Shown here piece after piece: positions 60,401 to 64,000 of a stretch of 64,000 nucleotides of DNA. The position numbers and the translations under genes were made by a program. The notes below the pieces were generated by a model that had not been told where the DNA came from, searched no databases, and saw nothing but the letters and a program-made list of their open reading frames with translations. Source of the DNA: Epithemia pelagica (lineage: Eukaryota; Protista; Bacillariophyta); the NCBI GenBank assembly GCA_946965045.2, contig OX337235.1, forward strand, positions 2,728,001 through 2,792,000, read 5' to 3'. How positions within the stretch are numbered: position 1 is the first letter of the stretch; every line of letters starts with the position of its first letter.

Positions 60401-60933
60401 GTCACGGAATGCTCAAATTCAAAGCTGCCCCAGTCAATTGAATCGATTTCATCCTCCACTTTTTCCGGATCATGCGCCCCACCTTCTTCATCTTTTGAAT
60501 CAGCGTCATCCTCCACTTTTTCCGGATCATGTCCTCCACCTTCTTCATATTTTGAATCAGCGCCATTGGGCGCAGTTTCGGAGTCTATGGCAGACTTCCT
60601 TGGTGAGAAATTTCTCTGCTCCTCGTCCCATTCCAGGTGCCCGAAATCAACAAAGTCAAACTCTGCTCCCATTCCAGCATGAAAGTGACTTCTTCCTGGA
60701 ACTATATCGGCCGTTCCATCCTCAGAAATGTACAAGCTTGACAAGGAGGAACCATTATCTTCAAGTCTGGGTTTCCCTGGAGATCTCTTTAACTTCGGCT
60801 GTGGTTGCATAGCTCCCTCATCAACAAAGCCCTCTTGACTAGGGCCAGGCATTTGCAATGATTCATCATTATCTAGTACCTTCCGCCGTCCGCCTCTAGG
60901 TGATGAAAGAAAAGAGAGAAACCTCATAATCAA
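57445..60933 (-). CDS. Single-pass membrane protein with a Ser/Thr/Pro-rich stalk and a C-terminal plant-type LRR domain
   Basis: TM segment LLVIILVAVMILAIAIAIV; PTxxPS repeats; LRR cap ECEWIGVFC; LxxLxLxxNxLTGxIP repeats. Confidence 0.85.
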   Translation of the reverse strand: MIMRFLSFLSSPRGGRRKVLDNDESLQMPGPSQEGFVDEGAMQPQPKLKRSPGKPRLEDNGSSLSSLYISEDGTADIVPGRSHFHAGMGAEFDFVDFGHLEWDEEQRNFSPRKSAIDSETAPNGADSKYEEGGGHDPEKVEDDADSKDEEGGAHDPEKVEDEIDSIDWGSFEFEHSVTNERSVQTSSYASEASIFFKTSCEVEKSKPPQHALGASTDSRMDPGFNTGRTHNKRIGNYPERKLQQEQQTSEISEKAPNDDNKSSSVGVLKVVGVTSHSYQNGIVSNDETVQTCNDVESSGILPLGKEANPPRYESIRGGDFEQPSNSSCMFSLPRALGRRSSPFETGRDEAIDEQNDTSDAPDGQRARNRIPKKHYWRFRLDLLVIILVAVMILAIAIAIVSAFSLNDERPRVSAVTGPEKPPPKINPTSSPTMSLSPTSSCASPAIAIRTFIVELTIAVGVQDLLSNNEISEMIDTTKTWIDQVIRDVVSDCFAGIVVTSGVPIETTGADTMAVTTEYSTCLRLNDPSCSDEGTLWQYVRDSFSSGRRREARRLDSHSSSAFLNFLNETLSGNNPFRHSETVSIVATSPAPTSHPSSHQSLETPSPTISAIMATITDSPTSAASRTTSSAALSETPSVSPQLASMEPSLSPLSPSQTNISPRGQTHSPSPQMPSIRAPTPAPSEEPSVSVSTSPSRKLSLSPSSDSVHPSGQPTALPTYLPSLAPSSSPSYSPSDMTSQEDAYCKNSPGCQALALKGHCCPTIGGVYLYCCNQTTPTQVYPQPSVSPQVASTKTPTQTPSFPSTSNPSHPESRPPTPFPARFPTALPTTVQPSRFPTPTPSARPTYPPTVLPSLPPLDGSSNAPSFSNASVVESGTHSPVTSVVPTNGPTATRFPSDSPTLPSPLRLLILDQAPASTALALADPDSAQSQALHHVILMNATTLTNSSSAVPHDWRWIQKFALLCYSFQTIQSGGLVQLPTTVSSQTWLSHHHRQLFSVTNWPNEGDNECEWIGVFCDFDGRIVAINVAQQGMPGQLVPEWVMLKDSLQLIDATNNDLTGTIPFEYGDLSMLHWLRLSRNRLTGNLPTSFVGLQSLTQLDLFRNQFSGEFPNVILSQMKGLLKLRIYSNNFNGTIDDNAVCNLGLSVLEADCYLLGSCVFPCW

Positions 60934-62313
60934 TTCGTCATATGCTCCTCTTGGTGAGAAATGACCTGAGTGGATAAACTTGTTTTGATGGTTGAAAGTT
61001 GCTTGTCCGCTTTGTTATTCCGCATAGTCCGGTCCCTTGGCTCGCGAGATAGCCGATCCCAGTCCCACGTAAAACACGAACTGACGGGAACTTTTTGGGG
61101 GTGGGCCTGCGTGGGCGTGGGGCACGAAGCACGAAGCACGAGCCAAAGTTGCAAGAATGGAAGCGAGCATGCGACGCGTGAACGATGGGAACCATGATTG
61201 AACAGGTACGAGTTCTACCTAAACTCGTATTCTATCCATTATCCATCAACTAGGGGCTCGGGCGGGAGACGGAAGTCCGAAGACGGAAGTAGGTAGCTCG
61301 TGCCGACGACACAAAACAGGTTTACATAGTACAAACAAGTCAGCCATCCTGGACCTTCGACCCTGGACCTGGACCGAGAACCTCAACAGGAACAGCCGTT
61401 CACGCGACGCGCTACGTGCTATGGGAATGAAAGCAGGTGCGAGCGGTGAATGATGGTCGTGTAATTTATTTTCTCTGTTTCGAAAGTGGACTGCTGGAGC
61501 AAAAGTGTCTCGGAGGCTGGAAATGGCAAGATTCAAACATCCTCCCTCCTTCTCCTACTGCTCGCTCTTGAGAGGACCTCTGCACTGTGCACTCATCACT
61601 CATCTGAGATATAATATTATCTCCTTTCACGGAGGGAAATGCCTCTATTGAAAAAGAGAGAGTGCCAAGTGCCAATTGCCAATCTCGATTCTCTCCGTAG
61701 CCTCCTCGATCCTCGAGGAGTACGAGCAGGTAGCTACAATAGCCCACTTTGAGAGTTACTCCTAGCTAGAGCGCAGTAGGAGTAGCTGTTGCAAAAACTA
61801 TGAGTACTGAGTACAGGAACACGCGAAACTATGTCGGCTATGACCTCACGCGCCCTATGCTAGCAGACAAGGCAGCATTTTAGCTTAGTACTGGCTAAAC
61901 AGCTCTAGTCCTTGTCGTTTTGGCGATTGTCTCTTGTTCAAAAGACCGGGGCAATAAAAATGGTGCACCCGGTATTAAGCCTCATGACACACACAAGATG
62001 AAATTGTTGTCTTGTAATGTCCTACTTATCACTCATTAGCTAAGCCCGACGAGTAATGTTGTGTACACTACATAACTTCTCAGTCTTGTGACTTGTGAGT
62101 GTGAGCCATCGGTAAATAAGCTCAACGGCAAGGACTACGTGTAGCTGCTCGCCACAATAGGCTATAATATTCTTGAACAGCCCAATTCCCATTATTTGGT
62201 CTATTTAACAGTACATCCAGTACCTCTCTAGTACAACATTACTGCAGAAGTACGAGTCGTGCTTCTATTTTGTCACGGTGCTCCCACGGGATGGTTCTCG
62301 CAAACCTCACAAA

Positions 62314-62498
62314 ATGAAGCGGACAAGACGACAAGCGGACAAGATGAAGCGACAAGCGGACAAGAAGACAAGACGACAAGCCGACAAGACGACAAGCGGA
62401 CAAAACGACAAGCGGACAAAACGACAAGCGGACAAAACGACAAGCGGACAAAACGACAAGACGACAAGCGGACAAGACGACAAGCGGACAAACGACAA
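62314..62498 (+). repeat. Array of 8-bp units (GCGGACAA / GACGACAA / AACGACAA) in the left arm
   Basis: About 23 units seen directly. Confidence 0.95.
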
Positions 62499-62848
62499 TC
62501 AAACCTTGATTTCCTTGATTTCCTTCTCTGCTCAGGAGATGAGTGTCTCCATTCCATCTTGCCTTTCAAACGCTTGTGGACTAACATCTGAGACAGTATC
62601 CAACAGAGTATGTTTGCCGGTAACAACACAAACTTTGGGACATGACGTGGACAGTTTCAGAGTTCCCTTGGCTGGTGTGGTTTCCAGCATGCACCAGCCA
62701 TGCGTCAAACCATAGAGAAGCTCTCCTCCAGCACGTATGTGCGGTGTTACCAATAAGCGATCGTTGACGTCCATTTATAATGGACATGGGCTGAACTACT
62801 TGGTAGATTGCGAACGAGAATACCGCCGTGCTTGTTGCGTTTGGTTTG

Positions 62849-63032
62849 ATTGTCGTTTTGTCCGCTTGTCGTTTTGTCCGCTTGTCGTCTTGTCGTTTTG
62901 TCCGCTTGTCGTTTTGTCCGCTTGTCGTTTTGTCCGCTTGTCGTCTTGTCGGCTTGTCGTCTTGTCTTCTTGTCCGCTTTTCCGCTTGTCGTCTTGTCCG
63001 CTTCATCTTGTCCGCTTGTCGTCTTGTCCGCT
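62849..63032 (-). repeat. Inverted array of the same 8-bp units in the right arm
   Basis: Seen directly; unit order differs from the left array. Confidence 0.95.
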
Positions 63033-63792
63033 TCATTTTGTGAGGTTTGCGAGAACCATCCCGTGGGAGCACCGTGACAAAATAGAAGCACGACTCGTAC
63101 TTCTGCAGTAATGTTGTACTAGAGAGGTACTGGATGTACTGTTAAATAGACCAAATAATGGGAATTGGGCTGTTCAAGAATATTATAGCCTATTGTGGCG
63201 AGCAGCTACACGTAGTCCTTGCCGTTGAGCTTATTTACCGATGGCTCACACTCACAAGTCACAAGACTGAGAAGTTATGTAGTGTACACAACATTACTCG
63301 TCGGGCTTAGCTAATGAGTGATAAGTAGGACATTACAAGACAACAATTTCATCTTGTGTGTGTCATGAGGCTTAATACCGGGTGCACCATTTTTATTGCC
63401 CCGGTCTTTTGAACAAGAGACAATCGCCAAAACGACAAGGACTAGAGCTGTTTAGCTAGTACTAAGCTAAAATGCTGCCTTGTCTGCTAGCATAGGGCGC
63501 GTGAGGTCATAGCCGACATAGTTTCGCGTGTTCCAGCTCTCTCTAGCTAGAGAGAGAGTAGAGGTAGTTTCCTTGAGAAGACCAAAATGCAGCTCTGCCT
63601 GAACAGTGAACAGACAAGCGATATTGCGTTCGTGCATGGTGTGTGTGCTTCGCGTTGCAGTTGTCTCATCTCACAAAACCGGAATAGACACGGCCACCTC
63701 ACCACATCTGTCGAGTGGTTGATTGATTGATTGCCTCTGTCAACATTCTTGAGTTGGCCAATCATCACTCTTCCTGCGTTTGTTTCATAACA

Positions 63793-64000
63793 TTAGAAGA
63801 ATGCCATCTTTAACAGCAGTGAACAACACAATAACAAGGCTCTTGAGTCCTCCGAGCAAAATTGCCCGGGCGTTGGACTGGAACAAGTTGACTGGCGCCA
63901 TTTTGTCGGTACATGTCGGTCTCCGAACAGTTGATCTGGCCGTTGCATCGCATCCAAGCGCATTTCACCCCGTCGATACCCTTCCGTCCATTCCAATCGA
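63793..64000 (-). CDS. 3' end of a gene entering from beyond the window; hydrophobic C-terminus
   Basis: Open frame ending RALLLCCSLLLKMAFF*; too short to identify. Confidence 0.3.
   Translation of the reverse strand, partial: RLEWTEGYRRGEMRLDAMQRPDQLFGDRHVPTKWRQSTCSSPTPGQFCSEDSRALLLCCSLLLKMAFF

Larger units (their letters stand above)
61817..63533. mobile_element. Foldback-type non-autonomous DNA transposon: ~690-bp inverted arms (61817-62505, 62843-63533), 337-bp spacer, CAG target-site duplication
   Basis: Outer ~500 bp of the arms are near-perfect reverse complements (one mismatch seen, ctggct/ctagct); CAG at 61814-61816 and 63534-63536. Confidence 0.88.

Noticed and set aside
62506-62842. 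Transposase remnant in the foldback spacer
   Set aside because: Open frames exist, but I could not recognise a catalytic motif; needs TBLASTX.
62239-63111. Many overlapping ORFs (RQADK/LSACR repeats) and a possible CRISPR-like array
   Set aside because: These are translations of stop-free 8-bp tandem repeats. There are no unique spacers and no cas genes.

Overview
Eukaryotic window, most likely from a pennate diatom. The inference rests on short GT-AG introns, a CoDi-type Ty1/copia element, diatom-like LSU rRNA signature motifs and bipartite plastid presequences. Bases 1-27.7 kb are ordinary and gene-dense: a DUF1769-like protein, three PPR genes, a GT11-like glycosyltransferase, an SFC1-like mitochondrial carrier, a repeat protein, a DUF4239-like protein, a Zn-ribbon protein, CCT3 and a JmjC protein. 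From about 28 kb the window is accessory and mobile. It holds (1) a two-gene PIF/Harbinger-type transposon with atypical ends, and (2) a ~2.1-kb cassette present twice, made of a PD-(D/E)xK nuclease plus kinase gene followed by the 5' part of a strongly divergent 28S rRNA whose substitutions preserve base pairing. It also holds (3) an AcademH-like DNA transposon (transposase plus RecQ-like helicase, convergent), into which (4) a young, complete copia element has inserted; that element has an extra ORF and an apparent half-tRNA-Asn primer site. The window ends with (5) an LRR membrane-protein gene and (6) a 1.7-kb foldback element. The best candidates for undescribed biology are the nuclease-kinase/divergent-rRNA cassette and the AcademH-like element. 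All family assignments come from motif recognition by eye; no database searches were run.
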